The notes beneath the pieces are model-generated. The model was not told the origin of the DNA and ran no database searches. It saw only the letters and a list, made by a program, of their open reading frames with translations. Position numbers and translations under genes: made by a program. DNA of 64,000 nucleotides, taken from Camelus dromedarius (taxonomy: Eukaryota). The stretch spans positions 70,992,001 to 71,056,000 of the forward strand of contig NC_087437.1 in assembly GCF_036321535.1 (NCBI RefSeq), in the 5' to 3' direction. How positions within the stretch are numbered: the stretch's first letter is position 1; each line of letters begins with the position of its first letter. Positions 27,204-37,759 of the stretch are shown piece after piece.

Positions 27204-28568
27204 AAAAAAAAACTCTTCCCTTGGTTTCCTATTGTGTCTTCTTTATACCATGGAGGTTGTTCTGCTTATTCTTTCATACATGGTAGTCTAGTCTGAGATC
27301 ATCCAAACTGAAGATTATACCTAAAAGGTCAGGAAAAGTCTCAACATATCAATCCTCCTGCTACAAGAAGTAAGAACTCCAGGGCTGGTGAAACTGAAGT
27401 CACTCCGGAGAAACAGGAGGCAAATTGGGGCATTTCCTCCCCCGTCCAGACCTCACAAGTGATCACGTGGCTCACTTACTTCTGTCTAAATTGGTTAACC
27501 TTTTGTTTTTCCTTCTCCATGTGCAAATCACTAACTCTCTGCCTACTGTGGAAATAACCAATCCCATGTGACACTACGCTCCTCTAGCCCTCTGTCCTTG
27601 TACCCAAAGAAAGTTCATGGTTCAAAGTGTGTCTCCATCTGGTGACTTTGGGGACCCCAAGGGACTCCTTTTGTTCTATAGACCCTTCCTCATATGCGAC
27701 CCTGCCCACCAGGGCTAACTCATCACTTTCACTGAAATTGTTGGTCTGATGGAGAAAACACATCTTGTTTGCTCCCAATGAAGTCAACCCAACCGAGTTA
27801 GAGTCACTAAGACCTCAGTAAGCACCTGTATTTCACTCAACACTCTGCAGTGTATGAAAGAACTGGAGAAAATTATTTCAGTTCTGGGGAGCCTTAAAAT
27901 CTAGCAATTAGAAATAAAGATTCATATAAATCAAAACGTAGACTGTAACATTCAGACTCTCGGTGCTGTGGGAGTTTATAAACTAACAAAAAGAAACGTG
28001 GGCAGGTACATCAAGGAAGATTCCAAGGAATAAACAGTCTAGTTCCGGGACTCTCAAGAACATGCCGGCTTTGGGCTGGAGGAGGTGAGTGTGGACGAAC
28101 ACGTCCACCAGTGTGAGGAATACAATGATACCCAGACATGGGCTTGGGATGGGGAAAACTCTGGGCTGAAAGGTGACCTCTGTCAATTTAATTATTGGCT
28201 TCTTGCAACTCAGTCACTGAAACCTTGAGTTCACCTGATAGTCTAGGAAGTAGAAAAGAAAGAGGAAGAAAAGATTTTCAGGATGCATGATCTGCCCCTA
28301 TTTGATCTCTGTGAATCTTAGCAACATCTTAATGATGCCAGCCAGCCTTCCCCCGGAGTCCTTGATCTCTCTGAGCCTCATCCACAGACTCCCGAGGCCT
28401 CTTCCTTGCCCATTGGGAATGTGGTGTTATGGTTTCTACATGGGCTAGAAAGGTAGTAAATGGCACATAGGCTACTCACGTGACTCTTAACAGTTTATAA
28501 AGTTTCTCTTTCACATGCTTTATCCATCCCTACAATTACCTTGAGAAACATTATTATGCTAGTTTATA

Positions 28569-28731
28569 GAAACGGAAGTTCAGAAATATGTGTTTTCCCC
28601 AATATAAAGCAATTAATAAACTCGAAACAGAAGTTCAGAAATGTGTTTTCCCCAATATAAAGCAATTAATAAACTTGAAACGGAAGTTCAGAAATATATG
28701 TTTTCCCCAATATAAAGCAATTAATAAACTT
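28569..28731 (+). repeat. Three-copy tandem repeat, units of 55/53/55 bp
   Basis: Unit GAAACGGAAGTTCAGAAATATGTGTTTTCCCCAATATAAAGCAATTAATAAACT(C/T) starts at 28569, 28624 and 28677. Confidence 0.95.
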
Positions 28732-29062
28732 GTGCTTGAAGTCAAGCTTTCTGAAATGCAGTATGTGTACCACACCAGTGTTTCTTAGACCTGAGCAATG
28801 TATGTACTTGTAAAGACAAAAAAAAACTTCTCACAGACCCCTCCCCCTGGGAAAAGCCTGCAACTCTTTTTACTATAATGTTTAGTAATACATTAATCAA
28901 GACTTAACAGAACATATATTTCCATTAAACTCTTTCTTAAATATGCTCCAACATAAAACCAGGTAAACCTGTTATGCTTATGCCTCTCACAGAATTATAA
29001 AACTGAACTAAAAATAAACACGAGTAAAATGACATGAATCTAATGTACTGGATGAGGCCTTT

Positions 29063-29302
29063 TTATCACCCAAAGTCCATAGTTTACTTTAGGGGTCACT
29101 GTTGGGGTTGTATAGTCTATGATTTTGGACAAGTTTATAATGACATGTGCCCCCCATTATAGTATCATACAGAGTAGTTTCACTGCCCTAAAGCCCCTCT
29201 GTTCACCTCCCCACAGCCCCTAACAACCAGTGACACCTCCCCTGTCTCCATAGTTTTGCCTTTTCCGGAATGTCATATACATGGACTCATACAGCATGTA
29301 GC
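29063..29302 (-). mobile_element. Old L1M-type 3' UTR fragment
   Basis: ATCACCCAAAGTCCATAGTTTAC...TCCATAGTTTTGCCTTTTCCGGAATGTCATATA...ATACAGCATGTAGCC is typical of antisense L1M 3' ends. Confidence 0.7.
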
Positions 29303-29759
29303 CTGCTCCTCAAAGTCACTGTCTGCAAAGGGAGGTCCACTGCCCACTCCGGTCCAGGTCCCACGAGCAGCAGCCCTACATGGCCGTGTGGCCAAGTGCA
29401 GACAACTCTCCCATCGCTTTCCTAGAACTTCAACCACTGCAAAATCTCCCACTGCTCCACCTTCCTTGAGCAAATTAATCTTTTACGAATTAAGCTTCCA
29501 CATCTTGAAATCAACTTAATTACAAACACGAGTATGAGACTACAGACAGTGGCGGTGCCCTACTGTCCAAGACATGTTTGACTTTTCTAAAGACTATCAT
29601 CTCACTTAACACAAAAAAATTTTCAAGACTTACAGAAGGCTTGCAGACCTCAAGGATATATCTGCAACCTCTCAGTGTTCTTTAATTCCCAACAAGGTTT
29701 GTTGCCCCCCGGGGACCTCTGTGGCATCATAAGCAGTGCCAGGCGCAATAATAACATTA

Positions 29760-29960
29760 ATTCATCATTTACAGCTTACAAAGACTCAGCGCATTATCTT
29801 CCTTCATCTCCCAAGAACCATATAAAGTAGATATTATTATTACCACATTACAGATCAGGAAACATTTGTAATGAGGATCAAGAGGTTAAGTGGCTTATCC
29901 AATGTCATGAAGCTAAGCAGCAGTGTTCAGCACTTGGGCAAGTATCCCGACTCCCAATCC
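29760..29960 (+). mobile_element. MIR SINE
   Basis: Core-like ATTACAGATCAGGAAAC...AGAGGTTAAGTGGCTTATCCAATGTCA. Confidence 0.7.
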
Positions 29961-30379
29961 TCAACGCACCGCAGCTCTTGTTCTTTTGATCTCTGTAAAA
30001 TCGGTTAGACTTTTAGCATCAGAAGCAGACTTCTTCACAACAGTCTGACAGGAAGTCAGAATGACTCTAGTCCAGGGTAAGTCCTGTGATACAAGCCTGT
30101 TCCTGCAGTAACACCTGCGAGTTGCAAATTTCTTACCAGTTCTGGCCCTGTTTACATGAACCATTTAGCTGCCTCAGCCACCTTTGGGGAGGAGTCTGAG
30201 TAAATAAATGCACAGCCTGCTTTTAGCGTCATGTTTTGTCTTGCTCAAAGGAAGGACACAGGAGAATGGAAGAAGATCTCATGTTTCTTCCTGGTGGTAG
30301 CCATCTCAAATGCATAACATCTGTAGATCCATCCAGTGGCTTGTAGACACACCTCTCTGTGTTGTCTCCATGTGCAAGG

Positions 30380-30595
30380 CAATTACTAGAAATGTGGCAT
30401 CTAATAGACTAGTCACCTGTCACATGTGGCTATCAACATCTAAGTTAATTAAAATTAAATAAAATTTAAGTTCCTTAGTCACATTAGCCACATTACAAGT
30501 GCTCAGTAGCCATGTGTGGCTAGTGGCTGCCATATTGGAGAGCACAGATGTAGAAGATTTCCATCATCTCAGAGAGTTCTATTGGACAGTACTGT
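30380..30595. mobile_element. hAT-Charlie MITE, MER3-like
   Basis: AGCCACATTACAAGTGCTCAGTAGCCATGTGTGGCTAGTGGC...GTTCTATTGGACAG. Confidence 0.75.
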
Positions 30596-31456
30596 CCTAC
30601 ACTCTGCCTTATGCAAAAAAATAAAAAGATTCTCTCAAACATCAAAGTATATAATTCTGACTTCCAGAAAGCCCCGGCTCTTACACACATAAGGCTCCCC
30701 TATGTCTCTTAGCAGGAGGGCTTTGGAATGGATGTGGGGGATTCCTAGTTACAGCCATGTTGCAGGACCGGGAAGAACCAGAAGACTGAACTCAAAACTC
30801 ACCCTCAGAGTTGGTAGCCATGCTGCTGACCCCCTCCTCCTTGTGGGGTATGGTGAGCACATGTGAGTACTGCCATTCAGGCACAGCACACATGGCAACC
30901 CTGCCCGTCCAACTCAGCACTGATGGAATTGTCTGAACTTGAGTGTGTGGTGACTCACTTCCAGAGGCTCACGGACTGAGAGGGAACAAGTCACGAGACA
31001 AAACTGCATGGGAAAGTCCTGTCCACTCATGGAGATCATCTGCCTCAAAGTTCCATGACTCATCATTTCTCATATTTGTTCAGTATAATTCTTTGGGTTA
31101 CAGATCAGACTCTGTATGCCCAGGGTTAGAATGCGGAGCAATAAGGGGTAGGGAGTCAGTAAATATATTCCTCCTCGAAAGCTCATTTACTGATTTATTT
31201 ATTCTCCCCTCCCCATTATACAGTCTAAGAGGGCATCCAAGAGCACTTAAGAACACTTCCTGTCTTCACGAAGTGTAGACACACCCCTCTACCACAATCT
31301 CTCCTGTGATTCTTCCGAATAGATTTCTCAAAAGACATAAGAAGAAGGAAAAGCCTCCTCAAACCCTATTTTGAGTGAAAGAGAGGAAGAGACAGAGCCC
31401 ACCAGAGACAGACACTCTCCCCAGGTACCACCTTGGCTGGGGCTCAGAGTCTAAAG

Positions 31457-31745
31457 CCACACTGTCCAATGAAAATACAATGGAAGTCACATACACAATT
31501 TAGATTTTCCAGTAGCCACATTCAGAAATTAAAAAGAAACAGGTCACATTGAGCTTAATGATATATTTTATTTATCCCAATAGATATAAAATATTATCAT
31601 TTTGACATGTAATCAATATTTTTCAATTACTAATGTGGACAGTTTACATTCTTATTAAGTCTTCAACATCTGGTGTGTATTTATACGTCCATCACAGCCC
31701 ATCTCAACATGACCGCCCACCTCTCACGTGCCTGACAGCCGCACA
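31457..31745. mobile_element. hAT-Charlie MITE, MER33-like
   Basis: CTGTCCAATGAAAATACAATG...AGTAGCCACATT...AAAAAGAAACAGGT...ACATGTAATCAATAT. Confidence 0.65.
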
Positions 31746-31837
31746 GGATGACGGGAACCTCCCGGAGTCCGGCTTTGGGGGGACTTTCTTGTATGGTTCT
31801 CCGAGGGAAGTCTCGTTCAGTGAATTCCACGTTAAAA

Positions 31838-31843
31838 TTTATT
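31838..31843 (-). terminator. Candidate TIGIT polyadenylation signal (AATAAA on -), implying a ~1.85 kb 3' UTR
   Basis: Minus strand GACAGAAAATAAATTTTAACGTGG. Other hexamers exist (ATTAAA ~32920; AATAAA ~31570 and ~31195), so the choice is tentative. Confidence 0.35.
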
Positions 31844-33679
31844 TTCTGTCTAATTCAATCTCATTTTAGTAACCTGACCCATTTACAACATCTATGGGAT
31901 TTTTTGTATTTTTATCACCATCCAAACGGCATTTGTAAATCTTTCCCTGATACTATCATCAGGTCAAATAACACTCAACTCTCAGTCCAGCCTCAGCTCG
32001 ATATACGTCGTCTCCATATCAACACCACTCCCTTTCTGTCGTTACGTGTTCATTTCCAAGTTGTGACTAGTGTTCTCCTCCCAATCAATCTGCACTGATT
32101 TTGTAAGAAAAATACTGCAAACCGCCATGGCAAATAACAGCATTTTGACATATATCTACCTTTCTTCCAAAGGACTTGGCGCTCTGGATGGATTTCAGCT
32201 CACTGCCCCTAACTACATACATGTTTGGTAGAGAAGTGAAAAACATCAAAATAAAAATCCGAGGAGGAGGAGTTGAATCATCTCCTCATTTCACCTGCCT
32301 AATTCTTAGGGAGCAGGCCAGTGCTCTATTCTAACCGTGTTTTCACAACCTCTTCAGTTCCTGAGCCCATGAAAGAAAATCAGTCTCCTGGAAACCCAAC
32401 CTCCCTCATTCTTCTAAGCGAGGCAGTGGGAGGATGAAAGCCTGCACAGCAGGTAAACAGACAGGAGCAGCTCAGATGCCCCTCCAGCCCCAGCACAACG
32501 CGGTGCGGGGGGTGAGCTCAAGGGCTTAAGGCAGCTGGTTGGAGGGTGCTCCTTTCTTAAACTCTGTGTCACTTCACCTTCCTTTTTTTTCCTAGGAAAA
32601 GTCCCTATTTTAAAAATCCAGATTTTCCTATTGGTGGGAGACAGATTCTTTCTTCAAAGTCTCAGTGTCAGATTGATAGAGAGGAGGTGGACAGCGGCCC
32701 GATGGCCAAGCTCCAGCCCCACAGTGGACGTGCACCGTTTCTGTGGGCTCCCCTAGTGCACGTGGCTGGAAGGTCCCAGAGTCCACTGTATCAGGCCATC
32801 TCTGGACTTGGTGTAAATCCAGCAAGAGGAGATTTGAATTGTCTGCCCAGAGAATAACATCTGAAGTCTTGCTGGCTCCCTGGTACCAGGGTGTTCCATG
32901 GGGGACTTTCAGCTCCCAATTTAATTTCTCTGAGTTCCCTAGACCAAACTCCTGCTCTCAGCAGCCCAGCCTCTGTTCCCTGCATCCTCCCAGGCCACTT
33001 CACCACAGATCAGCTTCTCCTGCCACCTCACCCTGAGCTTACATCTCTTCCCAAAGGCCTGTGTCCTGGATCCTTACCTCCTCACTATCTTTTCCTATAA
33101 ATGTTGTCTCCCCACTTAACTGTAAGTTCTTGCAGGGCTGAGACCTACAAGATGAGATGATGGTTTAGTCATCCTCTGATCCCCCCACAGAAGCTGGCAG
33201 TGTGCCTTATTCATAAAAATGTCTGGAATGTGTGAATACTGATGAAAAGGGCAGTGAAGGAGGTAAGGGGCCCTGCAGTCACACCCTCATCACACCCTAA
33301 AGCCCTGCAGCTCCAAACCCTGCCCAGTGCTGCAGGGGGAATGCATTTCCCAGAGCCGCAGGATCTGCTCCAGCGGCCAGATTCAAAGCCAGGTCAAATG
33401 TTGTTTGGGTTTTTTTAACTTTGCATTCATAATCGAGATACAAGCTCCTCACCTGGGTCTGCCACAATGGAATGGAGGGAAAGGTAGAGGAGATGCAGAC
33501 AGAGGAGAGGACGACATACATTCACTCAACTGAACACACACACAGAGGCACACGCACGTACACACGTCTGCACACACGCGCGCGCGTGCTTGCGCACTCG
33601 GAGCTGCGATGTGCAGATGCGCGTCGTCATCTGTGATAGCAAAGACCGGGCCGCGTCTCCTACAAGATGCCTCCCAGAG

Positions 33680-33907
33680 CTAACTGGTCTCGGCGGGGAA
33701 GCTGAGGCTCCCGAGGCTTCTGTAACTCAGGACGTTGAAGTAGTCGTGCGGCTCCGCATAGTCCTCTCCCGTCTGCTCCCTGCCAAGGCCGGCGGGCACG
33801 GCCTCCACCCGGACACAGCCGCCGGGGGATGACGGAGCCCTGGGCCGCCACTCCTCCTGCTCAGATGTCCCAAGGCTGCCTTCTGCAGAATGCATTCTGA
33901 GAGATTT
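33680..33907 (-). CDS. TIGIT: TIGIT exon 4 coding part (cytoplasmic tail with ITT-like YFN and ITIM LSYRSL); 5' boundary uncertain by 3 nt
   Basis: Translation (K)KSLRMHSAEG...EDYAEPHDYFNVLSYRSLGSLSFPAETS*, TAG at 33682-33680. The first AG after the pyrimidine tract is at 33909-33908 and keeps the frame. Confidence 0.9.
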   Translation of the reverse strand, partial: KSLRMHSAEGSLGTSEQEEWRPRAPSSPGGCVRVEAVPAGLGREQTGEDYAEPHDYFNVLSYRSLGSLSFPAETS

Positions 33908-33913
33908 CTTCCA

Positions 33914-33943
33914 GAAACAAACAAACAAACAAACAAACAAACA
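33914..33943. repeat. (AAAC)n, forming the (TTTG)n pyrimidine tract of the TIGIT exon 4 acceptor
   Basis: Directly visible. Confidence 0.95.
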
Positions 33944-33983
33944 ATGTGAGTACATGGGGATGTAGTTCAAAGTTACTCCTCAA

Positions 33984-34069
33984 GGGGGAGGGTATAGCTC
34001 AGTGGTCGAGCGCACCCTTAGCATGTACGAGGTCCCGGGTTCAATCCCCAGTCCCTCCATTAAAAATAA
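33984..34069 (+). mobile_element. tRNA-derived SINE (camelid Vic-1-like)
   Basis: GGGGAGGGTATAGCTCAGTGG (A box)...GGTTCAATCCC (B box)...A-rich tail. Target-site duplication AAAGTTACTCCTCAA (33969-33983) / AAAGTCACCCCCCAA (34070-34084), 12/15 identical. Confidence 0.85.
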
Positions 34070-34112
34070 AAAGTCACCCCCCAACATGATCCATAGTTGT
34101 GATGACCTATAA

Positions 34113-34113
<1 letters not shown>

Positions 34114-34177
<64 letters not shown>
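34114..34177 (+). repeat. (CA)32 microsatellite
   Basis: Directly visible. Confidence 0.95.
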
Positions 34178-34178
<1 letters not shown>

Positions 34179-34329
34179 CTGTGTTCTTACCAACACCAGT
34201 TTCTTAACTCTTAATCTCTCAACCCCGTCACAGCTAGATTTCGGTATTAACTGCTCCACTGAAAATTCCCCAGCTGCTCGTACGCTGAGCCCCCACCCAA
34301 CCCCCTCACTACTTACCGGACACTGAGCC

Positions 34330-35880
34330 TGGGGAGGTAGCTTTCAGTCCCCACTCTCTCTTCCTCCTTCCTTGCTGCCTCTGACACAGCTTCCTCTCTG
34401 AGATGCTCTCCTTTCCTGGCTCCCATGGTGGCACGCTCTCCTGCTTCTCTGCCACCTGTGAAGCCACATCTAAAGATGCAGCCAGGCCTGCTCTTTTTCC
34501 TGCTTACACATCAGCTCCCAACGTAAAGAGGTTCCTCCGGGTTCCCACCTCTGCCTTCTCACACTCAACACCCCATCCATATGTCCATCTACAACCACCT
34601 TCTGTTCTCTGAGGGTTCCCAAATCTGTATCCAAACTATCCCAGGCTTCTGAGCTCCAGACCCCAATGTCCACCTGCTGACTGGGGCATCACCACCTCAC
34701 CACCCACAAGTTCAGGCTCAATCTGTCTCTAGAGAACCCACCATGCCTGCTCCTATCATTGCTCCTGTCCCTGCATTCTCTGTCCTGATTGATGGCACCA
34801 GGCAACCAGAAACATGGTGATCAATTTCAAACTCCAATTGGCCATAAAATCTTATCCAGTTTTATCCCTAAGTAGCTCTGAAATTGATTCCCTCTTTTCC
34901 ATCTCTACTTCCATGTCTCATCACTCACCTGTACCTCTAGACTCATGGGTCTTAGATTCTGTCTAACCTCTAGTCCAACCTTCACACGGCCACCAGTAGT
35001 GTGATCTTTCAAAAATGGAAGTTAGATCATGCCACACTTGTGCCTAAAATCCGTCAATGGCCCCCACTGTCCATAGGAGGGTGCTTAACCTCCTGTAACA
35101 GCCACCATGGACTTCAAACACCTTCAGTTGTATAAAAAAGATTGTGTAAGGTGCATTCTTCCAGGGAGAAAGGCTATCATTTCACTATATGCCCCACAAG
35201 GAGACTGTGTGTGATGCCTCGCAAAACACCTTTTGTGATTTGGTCACACTCACCTTTCCAGCTTCATTTCCTGAGTGCTTCTCCAGCCAGCACCCCAACT
35301 TCTGCTATAGGGCCTGGATGCCAGAGAGGCGCCATTTATTGAGAATCTGCTAGGAGCACAAAGTGGGCTAGTTTCTTTGTGTCTTCTCAGCAACAGCCCT
35401 ATTGAAGTTCCTACTCTGGAATGAGCTGATAGGCACAGGCAGGTGACGTCCCAGTCCTGACTTGGGTTTGTCAGACCCCAGGCCGTGCTCGTCTCAGCCA
35501 GGCTGCCTCTCATCTTGCAGCTTCTTAAATGCCAGGCACTGTTTCCTGCCTCTCCGATGCTGTATATGCTACCCCCATTGTCCATTCCCTGTAGTTCCCT
35601 GAAACGCTGTCTACTCATTCCTCCAGACTCAGCTATCTGCAGCACACGTCCAGGAAGATGTCTCAGACCCTTCCGGGAGAGTTACAGCCTCCCTGTGTGT
35701 TCCACTGTGGGCCTGGGTGTTCTCCTTGGTAACAGTCAGTGCTGTCTGGAATTTATTTGTTTACCCTTCTGTCTCTTCCAAGCCCCAAACTGTGAGCTAC
35801 CCCAAGGGAAAGATCTGTGCTATGTTCCTCTTTGTAACCTCAGAGCCCATAACAGATGCTCAATATATGTCTTAGGAGTG
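34330..35880 (+). mobile_element. Fragmented L2 LINE pieces
   Basis: L2-typical pyrimidine-rich segments (CCCAAATCTGTATCC...CTCCAGACCC; GTGATCTTTCAAAAATGGAAGTTAGATCATGCCAC) and 3' end TGTGAGCT...AGATGCTCAATATATG. Confidence 0.6.
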
Positions 35881-36865
35881 AAATACACACACACACACAC
35901 AGTCTCTCTCTCACTTGCTCGCTTGCTCTCATTCGCACTCTCTCCCCCTCAGTCCCAAATCTAAATGAACAGAATTTTCCAAATCAAAGGACAGACTCAT
36001 GGTCAGACAAGCACATTTGCACTTATGGAACGGTAGGACAGACAGTGAAATCTGTTCTGGAAAATCAAGGATGTGAAACCAGTCATCACATCCATATGAC
36101 AGCGTCACAGGTGAGGGCTGTGCCCAGAAGCAAGAGAATGAAAGAACAGCAGGCACAAGCAGGGTGGCAGAAGAAACGCCTAATGACACGCCATGGAAAG
36201 CTGACATCCTCTCAGCCTTCACGGAGATGCTCTAGAGCGGGTCACCCAGCCCCTCCGTACGTCCAAACGGCAGAGTCACAGAGAGCCACACCCAGGCTTG
36301 GGAAATAACAACAAACACCAGCCAAACTTCATTCTGCCCAGCCCACTGCTCCCAGGATAGGAACCGGCACCATCCTCATCGGCTGGTGCCAAGCGCAGCA
36401 GAGCATGAATACGAGCAGAGTGTGAGCGGGAGGGCGGCCGGGGCGGCGCGGGTGGGCGCCGTGAACACGTGTCACAGAGCCGGGGTGGGGCCACACCGCA
36501 GGCTGAGCTGGGCTCACGCACTGTTTCATTCATTTCTTTTCAGTAGAAGTGGCTGTACCTTAACTGTAGGTGTGAAGAAAAGGAGGGTCATTGTAGGTCA
36601 CGCTGATGCTGTAATTAAAAGAAACACTACATCCCTTGATGCAGCTCTCTCCATTTTAATCCTATAGATGCTCAAGTCTGTCTCAGAGCTGTGCGACCTT
36701 TTGAATTGGTGTGTTCTCATCTGCATTCTTAGACTGCCTGCCCTTGCCTTTGAATCTTAGGACTGTTTTGGCTTCCAGCAGCCCTCTGGGAAAAGCAAAC
36801 ATGCCTGAGGGGGTCTTTCAGCTGTTCTGTTTCCATCCCATCCTGTGTAGGGAACTTCGTAATTG

Positions 36866-37157
36866 GTTTTGTTTGTTTGTTTGTTTGTTTTTTAATTGAA
36901 ATATAGTTGATTTACAATGTTGGGTTAGTTTCAGGTGTACAGCAAAGTGATTCAGTTATACGTATACATACATGTATTCTTTTTATTTTCCATTATAGGT
37001 CATTACAAGATATTGAATATAGTTCCCTGTGCTACGCAGTAGGTCCTTGTTGTTTATGTATTTTGTATATAGTATATATTGTATATGTTAATCTCAAACT
37101 CTTAATTTACTCCCCCACCTCCCCCTTTAGTAACCGTAAGTTTATTTTCTATGACTG
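36866..37157 (-). mobile_element. 5'-truncated L1 3' end (artiodactyl type) with (AAAC)n-derived tail
   Basis: TTTTAATTGAAATATAGTTGATTTACAATGTTG...TTCAGGTGTACAGCAAAGTGATTCAGTTATA...AGTTCCCTGTGCTA. Confidence 0.85.
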
Positions 37158-37479
37158 TAAAGGGGACCCTGTCATTGTAATCAGTGTATAAAACAAGTCT
37201 GGGGTTAATGCACTGACGTTGTTCTAAAGGACCAAAGGGAGCTATGGAGGTCTGCAGGACCAACACGGCCCTCTTGGAGAACCTGACAACAGCTGGTAGT
37301 CATTGTCCTGGAGCAGGACACACCCATCTCTCTTTTCCCTCACAGAAGGTCCCCTGGGAGCAGTTTTCTCAGCAGTTGCTTAGCAAGAAATAATCATTCA
37401 TTCAGTCATGATCAATCTATGCAATATAACTATTTATTGAGCACCAGGTATCATGAAGTGCTACAGTCAGTAAATTTTA

Positions 37480-37710
37480 TGATAATGATAAGAGCTTAAT
37501 AAATACACGCCAGGAAAAATGCCAGCTGGCTTACATGAATTATTTGACGTAACTTTTTCTACAACCCAAATAGGGCAGTACCATAATTCTTCCCACTTTA
37601 CCAATGAAGAAGCTGAGACTCGGCAAAGTTAGGTGGCACAGTTACCCAAGTGTCAGAGCCAGGATCCAAAACCTAGTTCTGTCTGATTCCAAAAGCCATC
37701 CTCCTAAATA
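37480..37710 (+). mobile_element. MIR SINE
   Basis: CCCACTTTACCAATGAAGAAGCTGAGACTC...CAGAGCCAGGATCCAAAACC...TCTGATTCCAAAAGCC. Confidence 0.7.
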
Positions 37711-37759
37711 ATGCAGTCCACTGGCTCTTGGGGGCTGCAGGGAAAGCTGTTGGTGCCCA

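Larger units (their letters stand above)
2954..27225 (+). other. ZBTB20: ZBTB20 very long 3' UTR (longest isoform; 3' end approximate)
   Basis: Follows the stop codon, rich in A/U tracts, almost no recognisable TEs, contains mir-568 and ends in a PAS cluster (AATAAA 27016, ATTAAA 27198) after which TEs resume. Human ZBTB20 is known to have a very long 3' UTR. Confidence 0.75.

Noticed and set aside
28569..28731. CRISPR-like array
   Set aside because: Head-to-tail units with no unique spacers, in mammalian DNA, with no cas genes.
33984..34060. Possible functional tRNA gene
   Set aside because: It has an A-rich tail and a TSD, and lacks an oligo-T terminator directly downstream, which fits a retroposed tRNA-derived SINE.
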